Assembly (NCBI GenBank): GCA_048881705.1
Contig: JBHLSH010000004.1
Coordinates: 34,015 to 98,014 of the forward strand
Source of the DNA: Candidatus Heimdallarchaeota archaeon
Lineage (GTDB): Archaea > Asgardarchaeota > Heimdallarchaeia > Hodarchaeales > Hodarchaeaceae
Direction of reading: 5' to 3'
Length of the DNA stretch: 64,000 bases
Shown: positions 39,001-46,930 of the stretch, piece after piece
How positions within the stretch are numbered: position 1 is the stretch's first letter
How the letters are laid out: every line of letters begins with the position of its first letter
Notes under the pieces: generated by a model
The model's input: only the letters and a program-made list of their open reading frames with translations
The model's database searches: none
What the model was told of the DNA's origin: nothing
Translations under genes and position numbers: made by a program

Positions 39001-42000
39001 CAGCTAGAGGTCCTTTGTCAACCCCGTCATAGTTAAACCACAATGACAGTGAAAAATCACCTGAACCCATATTCAGTGAGGATTTGTCGCCAAAATTAAC
39101 TTGATCATTGACGTTATCAAAATCAAGGCTGCCGTCTATCTGACCGCTTTGTTGATCATCGAAAGCCAAATTGGAAGTAGTTCCATGATTTTTGTTGATG
39201 GTACTATCTTTCATTTGTGATGATGAGGGATCCTCTGAAAGATGCCATACTCCTTTGAAATAAGCATCCCACACCCCTATGGGATTCGCTTGATCAGGAA
39301 GACCTGGATTGTTGAAGTACATTGATATTAGATTGTAGGTAGAGTTAGATAGTGTTGGCACTTGCACCCATGCTATTAAATGTCCTTCAATACTATCCTG
39401 ACTGAAGAATTCCACTTCGTGGCTGAGTCTGTTCCCGTTCCAATCCGTAAAAAGCAGATCACTGGCATCAGCCTGAAGGTTCCCAGATTTTAGATTGTTA
39501 TCTGTGATATTTAGAAGCAGAGGAAAATCAAAGAGGTTTCCATAGACTTTTGAATTGTCTATTCCAATATCCATTCTCATTGAAAATGATGCATCCGACC
39601 ACTGTAACGATTCCTCTTCAATTCCAAGAGTATAAAAGCTGCTTGGGTCCAGTTGATTGATATACTCAGTTCTCACCCATTCTCTGGATCGTACAACCTT
39701 AGATATACGTACTTCATCAACGTCCCCATTAAATTCTTGAAATGTGGTTTCAACAGGTTTTCCAATGTGTAAATCATTTGTACCCGTTGTAGATATTCCA
39801 TCCCATGAAGTAGAGTTCACTGGAATCCCATCAAGATACATCGTCATAAATCCAGTATCTGCAGCGGTACAAACGATATAGTGCCATTCCCCGTCATTAA
39901 ATCTGGAGAGATTGTATTGTACATTATAGGTATCATCTACGTAAAAGGCAAATACTTGGTCATTCAACTTACCAAGCCAATAGTTTCGCTCACTGATCGG
40001 GTTTCCCCACTTGTTTACAATAACACCAACGTCTGCATCTGAATCTGTTGTTTTAATCCAGGTAGAAACCATTATATTTGTTGAAATCGCCAATGAAGAA
40101 GAATGAGAAATATTTATCCCACGCTCGTTTGAATCATCAAATGAAACTCCACCATAAATCTTTGATGAAGTATCGTTGAGAGGAGAATTTAGGGCAACGC
40201 CATCATTATTATTCGCGGTGCTATCGGTATAATAAGGAGAAGGGTCATCTCCAAGATGCCAAACTCCGACATAATTTGAATTCCAAACGTCTGTACTATT
40301 TTCCTGGTTATAAACGGCAGTATTGCCGTAATACATCAGGATATAGTTAGCTGTACTCATGGAAAGGAGCGGAACCTTTACCCAGGCAATCAAATAGGCG
40401 TGGGTTCCGTTACCTGCCTGAGAAAAATACTCAATTTCATGAGGGATCCTCCTACCAGTCGTATCCCCAAATGCAATATCACTACCGTCAATTTGAACCT
40501 TATTACTGTCATGGAGATCTGTATCAGTAATATTGATTAGAAGGGGAAAGTCAGACATCCTTCCACTGATTTTTGTTGAGTCGATCTGAATGTACTTACG
40601 ATATTGAAGCCAAGAATAGGCCCAATCATTTATGAAAGGATTCTTTTCCAGATACCTTACAGTGTAAAAGTTATCTGAACTGACCTGATTGGTCCAACGT
40701 GAAAGGATCCAGTCTGCGGAGCGGGACGTATTTGATATAGACACTTCATCTACTGAGCCATTAAAGAATTGGAATACATCTAGAATAACATTATCGTATT
40801 GGGTACCTATATAAAACGCATTTGAATCGTCCAAGCTGCCAATACCAGTAATATCAGCGGGAGAATTCGAATCCTCCGTTCCGTCCAGATATAAACGTAA
40901 ACTGTTTCCGTCCCTTACTAGAACCACATAATGCCAGTTTCCATCATTATAATTTGTACCAGAGCTAGTTACATCAACCTTCGTGAGATCATCGTCAATT
41001 TCCCCTTTTACGCTCCCTGTATCCCTCAGTTCCAAGCTGTAGCGTTTACCCCCAAAGGCAGTTGCTCCTTTCCCCCCTAATCGAATCGTGGCACCTGAGG
41101 ATGCGCTTTTAAACCACATGGAAAAGGTGAAATCGCTAGATCCCATATTCAATGATGTTGAATTAGTACAATTAATAAAGTCATTAACGCCGTCAAATTT
41201 TAAACTTCCGTCTATCCGTCCCTCCATTTGGCTATCTACGCTCATTGATCCATATGTATATCCATCATTCTGATATCCAGTACTGTCCCGAATTTCTGGA
41301 GACCCGATGCTTGAGATTTCATTCAGGTGCCAAACCCCTTTAAAATTGGAATCCCAGACTCCTGCAGGATTCTCCTGTGGGCCCGTGAGTAAGCTTCCAT
41401 AATACATCGAGATCGTGGTTTCTGTTAGGTTCGATAAATACGGTATTCGAACCCAGGCAACCAATCTGGCGTAAGTAGAATTATGGGTCTTATTAAAAAA
41501 TTCAATCTCATGATCCAATCTGTTTCCTAGATCATCTGCAAAAGCAATGTCATCTCCATCATCCTGAACTATGCTTGAGGAAGCCAAATCAGTGTCATCC
41601 AAACGTACTAGGAGAGGAAAATTGTCCAAACTTCCACTGACAGCATTCGAATTAATTATTAAGTCTTTTTTGTAGGATAACCATGGAAATGCCCAATTTC
41701 CGACTGGAGAGGGCGTCTCTAACGAACCTACCGTGTAAAAGGTCGTTGGATTGTTTTGATTCTCATATTCCGTGGTAATCCAATCGAGATTTCTTGCGGT
41801 AGTAGAGACTCTAAATTCATCAATCGTTCCATTAAACAAGTCAGCACCCTCCAATCCCCCTATAGAGGGAGATTTCAAAGGATCCCCGTTATCTATGGAA
41901 GGTTCACTCAACGCAGTACTGTATTCCACCCCATTGAGATATAAATAATGAATGTCATTAAGCGAGTCAAAAACCGCAACCACATGGTACCACGTACTTG

Positions 42001-44050
42001 TAGAAATTGTCCCCACAAAACCCCATAATGTGATAGAATCAGAATCAGGTGCACGTCCCGCAAACCTAAGACTATTGGACGTTGAAATATGTACAATAAA
42101 CCGAGTATCAACGGTACTTTGAATTGTTTCTATATAGATGTTTTGACTGCTTCCACTAAGATCATTTATTTTAATCCATCCTTCAAAGGTGACTTGGGAT
42201 AGTCCCTTGATGGAGCCGCTTCTGTTAACTTCAATGTAATCATCAATACCGTCAAGATCATCAGAACCTCCAATCTTACCTAAAACTGCTTCATCTCCTT
42301 CGTAATTGAAAGGTGTTCCGTCGTTATTATTGCTGGTTGAATCATAACGGGATCCATTGCCTTCCTCGTTAAAGTGCCAAACGCTTAAAAAACTTACATC
42401 CCAGACCCCAGCAGGATTCTCTTGATTCTCAATCGTAGGATTGCCGAAATACATCGATATCACGGTGTCAACGGAACTTGAGAGAAATGGTACGCGTATC
42501 CAAACCACAAGTTGGGCATGGGAAGTATTGTAATTCTTGTCAAAGAACTCGACCTCGTGATCTAATTGGGTACCAGAACTATCTGCAAATAAGATATCCC
42601 CCCCGTCCACCTGAACTTCCTGCTTATTGTGTAGATCACTATCAGACAAGTTTAACAAGAATGGAAAGTTAGTAAGATCACTACTTACCTTTCCCGAATC
42701 AATAGTCACGTTTTTCCTATAACGCATAGATGGAAAAGGCCAAACCTTGAATATAGGCCTATTTTGTTCATTTCCTATAGAATAGAAAGTCGAAGGGTTA
42801 TATTGATTATTATATTGAGTCGTAATCCAGTCCGATGAGCGTGCGACCTTCGATATACGTACTTCATCAAGACTCCCATCGAAGCTAAACGTATTTTTCG
42901 AAAAAAAGAGACTATCACCACTACTGAGGATTTGGGCAACGTTAAAGGACGTATCAAACACTGAACCATCAATGTATAACCGTGCTACTCCCTGAGATAC
43001 GCTGAACGTAACAACAATATGATGCCAAGTATCTAATTGAAGGGTAGATGGTTCCCCGGTACTTAAAATCCAATTAGGACTGGTATTATTCTTATACACA
43101 AATTTTAAAGTGTGAGATTGCTCAAGTTGAAAAAGCATCCATCCATCAAAGCTATCCCCATCACCTTTACTTATAATGGGGGGCCAAGATCCCGTACTAA
43201 CATCAGAATCGAGATTGACCCAAAGGTCAACCGTCAATTCCTGCGTAATATCCAAACTCTGATCATTTCCAAGATTTATGTTTTGACTTCCCCAAAAGTC
43301 CAATCCTCCATCGATCTTTGCTGGAATTTGACCACTACTGTTTAGTCCTCCTTGTGCTATACCATCATTTCCGTTTGAAGTGCTATCCTTTATCTGTGGA
43401 GAAGGAGCTGAAGGATCTTCCCTGAGATGCCACACACCAACGTATTCATTATCCCATACACTCTTTGGATTTACTCGATTTACTGCCGTTGGATTATCGT
43501 AATACATCGAAATAAGGGTGTTCTGGGAAGCTGTAAGGTTTGTTCTTACCCAGGCAACCAAATGAGCATGCGTCGAATTGTAAGCTCGGTCATAAAGCTC
43601 AATCTCATGATACAAGGTCGTACCCGTTGAATCAGTGAAAAAGATATCATTTCCGCTCGCTTGGGCGTTATCTTGTAAATCTGGATCGTACAAGTCAATT
43701 AATACAGGAAAATCTGTGAGATCGGCACTTACCTTGCCAGCGTTAATGGTTATATTTTTCCTAGAGCCAAAGCGAGTGTCCGCCCAACCTGGGATAAAAT
43801 ACGAGGAGGTTTTTAGGTGAACTCCGGAAGACTCCGTTGTGATCTCTTCGTGGGAAGACCGGACCAGTCGTGGTACGACGCGATCCGTTCCTTTTTTCTC
43901 CCCTGATAATCCAAAACCCCTTAAAAACTCAGCTGCAAATGCATTTGAGTTAAGAAAACCCGCTTCCTGAATCGGAACTACTACTGTGAGAATATGCAAG
44001 GAATAAATACTAAAAAACAAAACCAAAGCAATCTTTTTAGTCCCAAACAC
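33050..44050 (-). CDS. Giant single-pass receptor-like protein A: signal peptide, 5 x (DUF2341 + LamG), about 12 Ig/cadherin-like stalk repeats, TM, cytoplasmic longin domain
   Basis: Five units starting (R/K)K-x-I-x-I...(D/N)FP-x-L and ending DE-x-R-x-S...W...Y-x-NQ; stalk repeats N-x-x-P...D-x-D-x-D...WY...KG(E/D)-x-W...DG; TM FVLIIIGITIISAIFGSIVYV; 196-aa tail with FFDQRHGP. Confidence 0.8.
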   Translation of the reverse strand: MFGTKKIALVLFFSIYSLHILTVVVPIQEAGFLNSNAFAAEFLRGFGLSGEKKGTDRVVPRLVRSSHEEITTESSGVHLKTSSYFIPGWADTRFGSRKNITINAGKVSADLTDFPVLIDLYDPDLQDNAQASGNDIFFTDSTGTTLYHEIELYDRAYNSTHAHLVAWVRTNLTASQNTLISMYYDNPTAVNRVNPKSVWDNEYVGVWHLREDPSAPSPQIKDSTSNGNDGIAQGGLNSSGQIPAKIDGGLDFWGSQNINLGNDQSLDITQELTVDLWVNLDSDVSTGSWPPIISKGDGDSFDGWMLFQLEQSHTLKFVYKNNTSPNWILSTGEPSTLQLDTWHHIVVTFSVSQGVARLYIDGSVFDTSFNVAQILSSGDSLFFSKNTFSFDGSLDEVRISKVARSSDWITTQYNNQYNPSTFYSIGNEQNRPIFKVWPFPSMRYRKNVTIDSGKVSSDLTNFPFLLNLSDSDLHNKQEVQVDGGDILFADSSGTQLDHEVEFFDKNYNTSHAQLVVWIRVPFLSSSVDTVISMYFGNPTIENQENPAGVWDVSFLSVWHFNEEGNGSRYDSTSNNNDGTPFNYEGDEAVLGKIGGSDDLDGIDDYIEVNRSGSIKGLSQVTFEGWIKINDLSGSSQNIYIETIQSTVDTRFIVHISTSNSLRFAGRAPDSDSITLWGFVGTISTSTWYHVVAVFDSLNDIHYLYLNGVEYSTALSEPSIDNGDPLKSPSIGGLEGADLFNGTIDEFRVSTTARNLDWITTEYENQNNPTTFYTVGSLETPSPVGNWAFPWLSYKKDLIINSNAVSGSLDNFPLLVRLDDTDLASSSIVQDDGDDIAFADDLGNRLDHEIEFFNKTHNSTYARLVAWVRIPYLSNLTETTISMYYGSLLTGPQENPAGVWDSNFKGVWHLNEISSIGSPEIRDSTGYQNDGYTYGSMSVDSQMEGRIDGSLKFDGVNDFINCTNSTSLNMGSSDFTFSMWFKSASSGATIRLGGKGATAFGGKRYSLELRDTGSVKGEIDDDLTKVDVTSSGTNYNDGNWHYVVLVRDGNSLRLYLDGTEDSNSPADITGIGSLDDSNAFYIGTQYDNVILDVFQFFNGSVDEVSISNTSRSADWILSRWTNQVSSDNFYTVRYLEKNPFINDWAYSWLQYRKYIQIDSTKISGRMSDFPLLINITDTDLHDSNKVQIDGSDIAFGDTTGRRIPHEIEYFSQAGNGTHAYLIAWVKVPLLSMSTANYILMYYGNTAVYNQENSTDVWNSNYVGVWHLGDDPSPYYTDSTANNNDGVALNSPLNDTSSKIYGGVSFDDSNERGINISHSSSLAISTNIMVSTWIKTTDSDADVGVIVNKWGNPISERNYWLGKLNDQVFAFYVDDTYNVQYNLSRFNDGEWHYIVCTAADTGFMTMYLDGIPVNSTSWDGISTTGTNDLHIGKPVETTFQEFNGDVDEVRISKVVRSREWVRTEYINQLDPSSFYTLGIEEESLQWSDASFSMRMDIGIDNSKVYGNLFDFPLLLNITDNNLKSGNLQADASDLLFTDWNGNRLSHEVEFFSQDSIEGHLIAWVQVPTLSNSTYNLISMYFNNPGLPDQANPIGVWDAYFKGVWHLSEDPSSSQMKDSTINKNHGTTSNLAFDDQQSGQIDGSLDFDNVNDQVNFGDKSSLNMGSGDFSLSLWFNYDGVDKGPLAGKGSYGSNGIRYYIAVDTTGGLIKGEIDDNGGSGKKNITSTSTYADNLWHHAVLVRDGTNLRFYIDGSEISGSPVDITGYGSLDLALPFYMNTLASDTGGTLSDWSSSKLDEVRVSNLARSGNWISASYSNQRNASSFYALSSVLSYDLSPPVINDFGIEDPGIGTGIFWADVSDEGSSIVTVEIRINGSDFSMSFNGTHWIYQQLVILGALYNIQIFNASDSKGNYLFAPSNVKQIYFTNDFIPPTVDDWDYFDNIGPYGTFRSNVSDSWGTIDTVLVNVTMLNSVPRNDLWAVMVSNGTSYVNDTISMPKGSVFWYVIRVNDTAGNPVTTSPVPAVIPDINHAPEAQNLALSRDNSLILLPIFSNSTLYLHYDFYDADNDSEGGTEIRWYKNGVLQTIFNNLKQISDTSALIKDDIWNATVRPKDGQDFGNLETTTSLTIQNTPPVIQSVVIPTSISIDNLTLSNVTIDEDTDPILFYETRWYRNSTYRPSFDNLVLITSNNTKKGETWFCEIRAYDGTNYSQWASSNTIAIDNTPPSASDLVLSPLNPNTSSLLSASWTFADADNDSESNYYIQWYRWDTLQSAYDNLINLPSTATVKNQEWYFKLIVNDGESNSTTYSSPKVTIQNTPPTASSLIITINPFTSTPLSSSWTFNDADGDSQPSDSWIIFWYKNNILQSQYDNLTTIPASATIKGEVWNYTLKVYDGTNYSEQYNSTISIIKNSIPIASGLIITLNPTTTENITAGWNYYDDDNDPQNTNWIIYWYKDNSLITSYTNQTEVPASATIKGEVWNYTLKVFDGEAYSITYNSSISLIINTAPSVIDPTFNKTIGVTEFDTINVTYGYFDPDNDLEVTSERVVYWYQNSIYQVGKDNQTILYDSETTSGEYWQYQVRVYDGVEWSQNFTSALVVIGNAPNTIPEVQNITLTGNENTTLDDLILSYDYFDSNGHLQSNREIFWFKNGVIQPGLNGSTVIDSSFTQKGEIWNCTIRVFDGLNWSLQYNANQITIQNAIPTVTDTSNTINPTTDQDLIAGWTYFDADNDPQNSGWIIRWYQNGQLQKLLNDSAVIKSGNTTRGETWNFTIRVFDGTDYSIQYNSSLIQILNSPPSIVSPSFNKTVGVTSDHSIEISYSFNDIDGDSEDINYRIVYWYRDTVYQASKLNHSILFWSDTLEGEVWYYIVRVFDGNDYSTNYTSTPVSIGASTNDPPTAENLSLTLNPTTLDNLIAYYDYFDNQSHPEAGSLIRWYKNGELQILLNDTKLIPSSETSKGDIWYFSLRPKDGRDYGLLFTSFNVTILNSKPMASGLGINPSPSTIDDLTATWLYSDADNDIEDINWIIGWYRNNQLQAAYSNLKTIPSMITSKGDSWRFTLRVFDGENYSIQYNSSATIILNTIPIIGNYNYVFDPNNSLVDPDIRTSLTIQIFFVDDEDLSIYYEFEDSDIPIDQDKSLIQWYYQLESGTWIEILTYQNSTTIPHSETFPGDHWKCVVTPFDGTDIGTGTTFPELIVESRPKILDLIITPLIEDNEGEGSYYYDEGMYNLTIVATNLIPIDRIEITLNDSLGVPYRAIKDANNDSIWALLYQLPKEDFKTEFLDTMLTVRIEASSVVTYNARDFSIYTLYMDSFVVEDRSPPRVTGMPRFEFNDELNPTNITFYTDIVDYGSEIADVILYYYFQKPNSTGGAGSAIRQNWRTVKMTQTSDDGGIYGYTATVRFDHNQTSREIIYYIETLDSLGNRGIAYDINNDPERINETRFTFSPPGIDPTFVLIIIGITIISAIFGSIVYVKFIRKPEIVGLDKELVLGSCSDVDETEVRNSWDEHTVGIVVSFFDQRHGPIPIIVEPAILNDNFRKLVDLSDRSFSSTGFCDEFSREISSSYDFVLSHGARIKSMTFGFALNRPDSRGKQEDLTLNVLIHQELFPLVNQFLDEIQAKVHILHILMDESPEEKDTIRRMIIEVRKYVSQIILSYEKIYGTTELIKED

Positions 44051-44498
44051 CTCGAAGAGCCTCTTATTCTTTATATAATCTCTGTATGGATGAGGGTTGT
44101 CCTCCTGCTTGTTGTTCTAGATTCAAGGTCACCAACTCTCAAATGCTCACCTATTCTGGTTTCAATCCTAGGATCTGGTTGATAAATATCATCAGGTGAT
44201 CAAGGACGGCAGTAATGTGGAACGACCTATCGCGATTTTAGAGGGTGACCGAGTATTAAAAGAAACCTAGATAATCCATCCTCAATCTATTTATGAACAA
44301 GCCCTTATACCAGGAAACCTCCGACTGTTTCACCTCTTCCCTTCGTTTTTTGAGAAATATGCGTCTTGATGATTGATATGTGATTAAAAAACACCGTGCG
44401 ATTTCCACGTGATATATAATTTGGAAAGTTTTTCCAAATGACTCTCATAGCAAATCTTTTATTATTTCTGCTCCTGCTTCTCTTTAGAAGGTGACAAT

Positions 44499-45293
44499 AT
44501 GAAACCTGAAGCTGACACCGTCAAATATCTGGTTCGAGAACAGGTAGCAACTATTTCACTCAATCGACCCAAAAAACGTAATGCTCTACGTATGATGGAG
44601 TTCGATCAACTGATCCACTACATATCTGAAGCGAACAGAGACGACTCCGTTCACGTTATCCGAATTTCATCGTCGGGAGATCGAGCATTTTCCGCTGGCC
44701 TGGATTTAAACATGATTCAGGAATTGACGCTTGACACTGTGCCCCAATTACTTGAATATGGCTATAATCTTGTTCGAACCATGATCCGATCAAAAAAACC
44801 CATAGTAGTTCAAGTGCAAGGACCTGCTGTCGCCTGGGGTACCATTATTTGCCTCGCCGCAGACTTCGTAATTGCAGGTGACAATCCAAAAACATTCTTC
44901 GGTCTTCCAGAAATAGACCTAGGCATGTTTCCAGCCACTGGAGCTTTGACCATGGCCCTATTTAACACAGATCTCAGAAAGGCTAGAAAAATTCTATTAA
45001 TCCCCGAACGAACTACCGTAGATGATGCTGCAAAACTGGGACTTGTTACTAAGACTTGTTCTTTGGATAAACTTGAGGAAACTACAATTAAATTCTGTCA
45101 AAGTTTGGCCGAAAAATCACAGTCTATTATGATCCCAATAAGGGCCTTAATCAACAAATTTTACTTGGATAAGCTGGAAAATTTCTTTAAAGTGGAAACC
45201 GAAGCCTTCTATGTTGCAATGGAGGGAGATAAAGATAAACTGGATGAGTTCATACAAAAACTGTGGAAATCTTCAATGAATGATTGGATATGA
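44499..45293 (+). CDS. Enoyl-CoA hydratase/isomerase (crotonase) family protein
   Basis: ISLNRPKKRNAL, FSAGLDL oxyanion motif, FGLPEIDLGMFP. Confidence 0.9.
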   Translation: MKPEADTVKYLVREQVATISLNRPKKRNALRMMEFDQLIHYISEANRDDSVHVIRISSSGDRAFSAGLDLNMIQELTLDTVPQLLEYGYNLVRTMIRSKKPIVVQVQGPAVAWGTIICLAADFVIAGDNPKTFFGLPEIDLGMFPATGALTMALFNTDLRKARKILLIPERTTVDDAAKLGLVTKTCSLDKLEETTIKFCQSLAEKSQSIMIPIRALINKFYLDKLENFFKVETEAFYVAMEGDKDKLDEFIQKLWKSSMNDWI

Positions 45294-45484
45294 GAACTTT
45301 CAATCTTTCGAAACATAATCCTATTTATTTTTGACGAAGAACCGTGTAAACTGTATTTTTTGAGATCAGGTATTATGGTTGATTCGAAATTGAATTATAA
45401 CATAAATTCACATAATAATGTACCTCCTGTGGCACCTTTGCACTCGTTTTTTTCGGATCTACTCCCCTCGATCGGAAAACGCGA

Positions 45485-46273
45485 ATGGATTCGGGAGAAT
45501 CTAAGGAGGACAAAAAACAAATGACCGATTTAGGCGACGATCCGGTTGAGGTAGTGGCAGTAGGGGCACATCCTGACGATGTAGAATTGACTCTTGGAGG
45601 AGTAATGCATAAGCTCTCGTCCTTGGGTATTAAAGCAGGAATTGTAGATCTAACGAACGCGGAACCCACTCCGTTAAACGAAAAGTACCGCTCACCTGAT
45701 GATTATGATCCCGATTATGCAGAGAATCGTTTGAAGGAAGCACAAGACGCAGCGAGAATTCTGGGTGTGGAAAGAATCACGCTGGATTTGCCTAATCGTT
45801 GTCTAATTGACAATTTTGAAGCTCGCTGCAAGCTAGCAGCCATTCTCCGCCGTTGGCGCCCCAAAGTTGTAATGACGATTTTTGGTCGAACCCTTATGTT
45901 ATCCCCTGATCACTACCAGGCCCAGGCAATTACAGAAGCCGCCATCTTCTACTCTAGATTAACCAAATGGGATAAATATTTTGACCAACTGCCAGTTCAT
46001 AGGGTCAAAAAATTGTTCTTTACTCCCGTAGATTCATTTCAATTTTTTCCAGGCTCGTTCTTAGTTGATATCTCGGAGTATGCGGAAACCAAATGGAATG
46101 CAATCCTCGCGTATAAGTCCCAATTCCAAAATCAAGGGAATTATGAGTACCTAAATCGCTACAAGGAAGTTAATGAAACTTTGGGATCTATGATAGGAGT
46201 AGACTATGCCGAACCGTTATATTCGCCAGATCCTCTAAGAATTGATGATGCTATTGAAAAGGAACTTTTGTGA
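45485..46273 (+). CDS. PIG-L/BshB1-like N-acetyl sugar deacetylase
   Basis: GAHPDDVE, R-x-x-EA, SPDH, VDIS...KW-x-A-x-x-AY-x-SQF. Confidence 0.88.
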   Translation: MDSGESKEDKKQMTDLGDDPVEVVAVGAHPDDVELTLGGVMHKLSSLGIKAGIVDLTNAEPTPLNEKYRSPDDYDPDYAENRLKEAQDAARILGVERITLDLPNRCLIDNFEARCKLAAILRRWRPKVVMTIFGRTLMLSPDHYQAQAITEAAIFYSRLTKWDKYFDQLPVHRVKKLFFTPVDSFQFFPGSFLVDISEYAETKWNAILAYKSQFQNQGNYEYLNRYKEVNETLGSMIGVDYAEPLYSPDPLRIDDAIEKELL

Positions 46274-46930
46274 AGTAAGATTATCTTGAACAATTATTTA
46301 AGAGTCTCTTAACTCCAGTTTCAGTGATTGAGATATAGTACTGCCAAAAAATACTATATCCTTCAAGCATTTAGTCTCAAAATTGGAAATCCCCAATCAT
46401 CTGTGATTCACCAAGAAAACTGAGAAAAGAAAGAATTTCCAGGATTCCAATTAATCCACATGTACCATGTAAACTCCGCTTTTTCAAATGGTATATCATT
46501 CGAACGATCAATAATCTGCCTGTATAGAGTCTCTCCTCTTAGTAATTTTGGGGGGGCATCGCCAAATTGATTTTTATCTTGTATATTTTCATTAAACCAA
46601 AAAATCAGACAGGTTAAGTTCAAAATGGGTTTGTAATTAACGAAAATTTGATCTAGTAATCTCTATTACCATTTTGATTTTCATAAAAACCTTCTAGGAA
46701 CGCAAAGTGGAACAGTTTATCTAGTTCCCCTTTAATATGAACTCGGTATTACTAAAACAACTCTGAATCCGGGGCCAGCACCATCGTATGATGCAAAATT
46801 ATTGCTAGAATGTTCTTGGATTCTCCTTGCAGCATATATTAGGGATTAAATGCTCAAACCTTTCAAACAATAAGGTATTAGAGGGTTACCTGTCCATAAG
46901 ATAGAATTAAGGTGTCTGAAGGCTTTAAAT

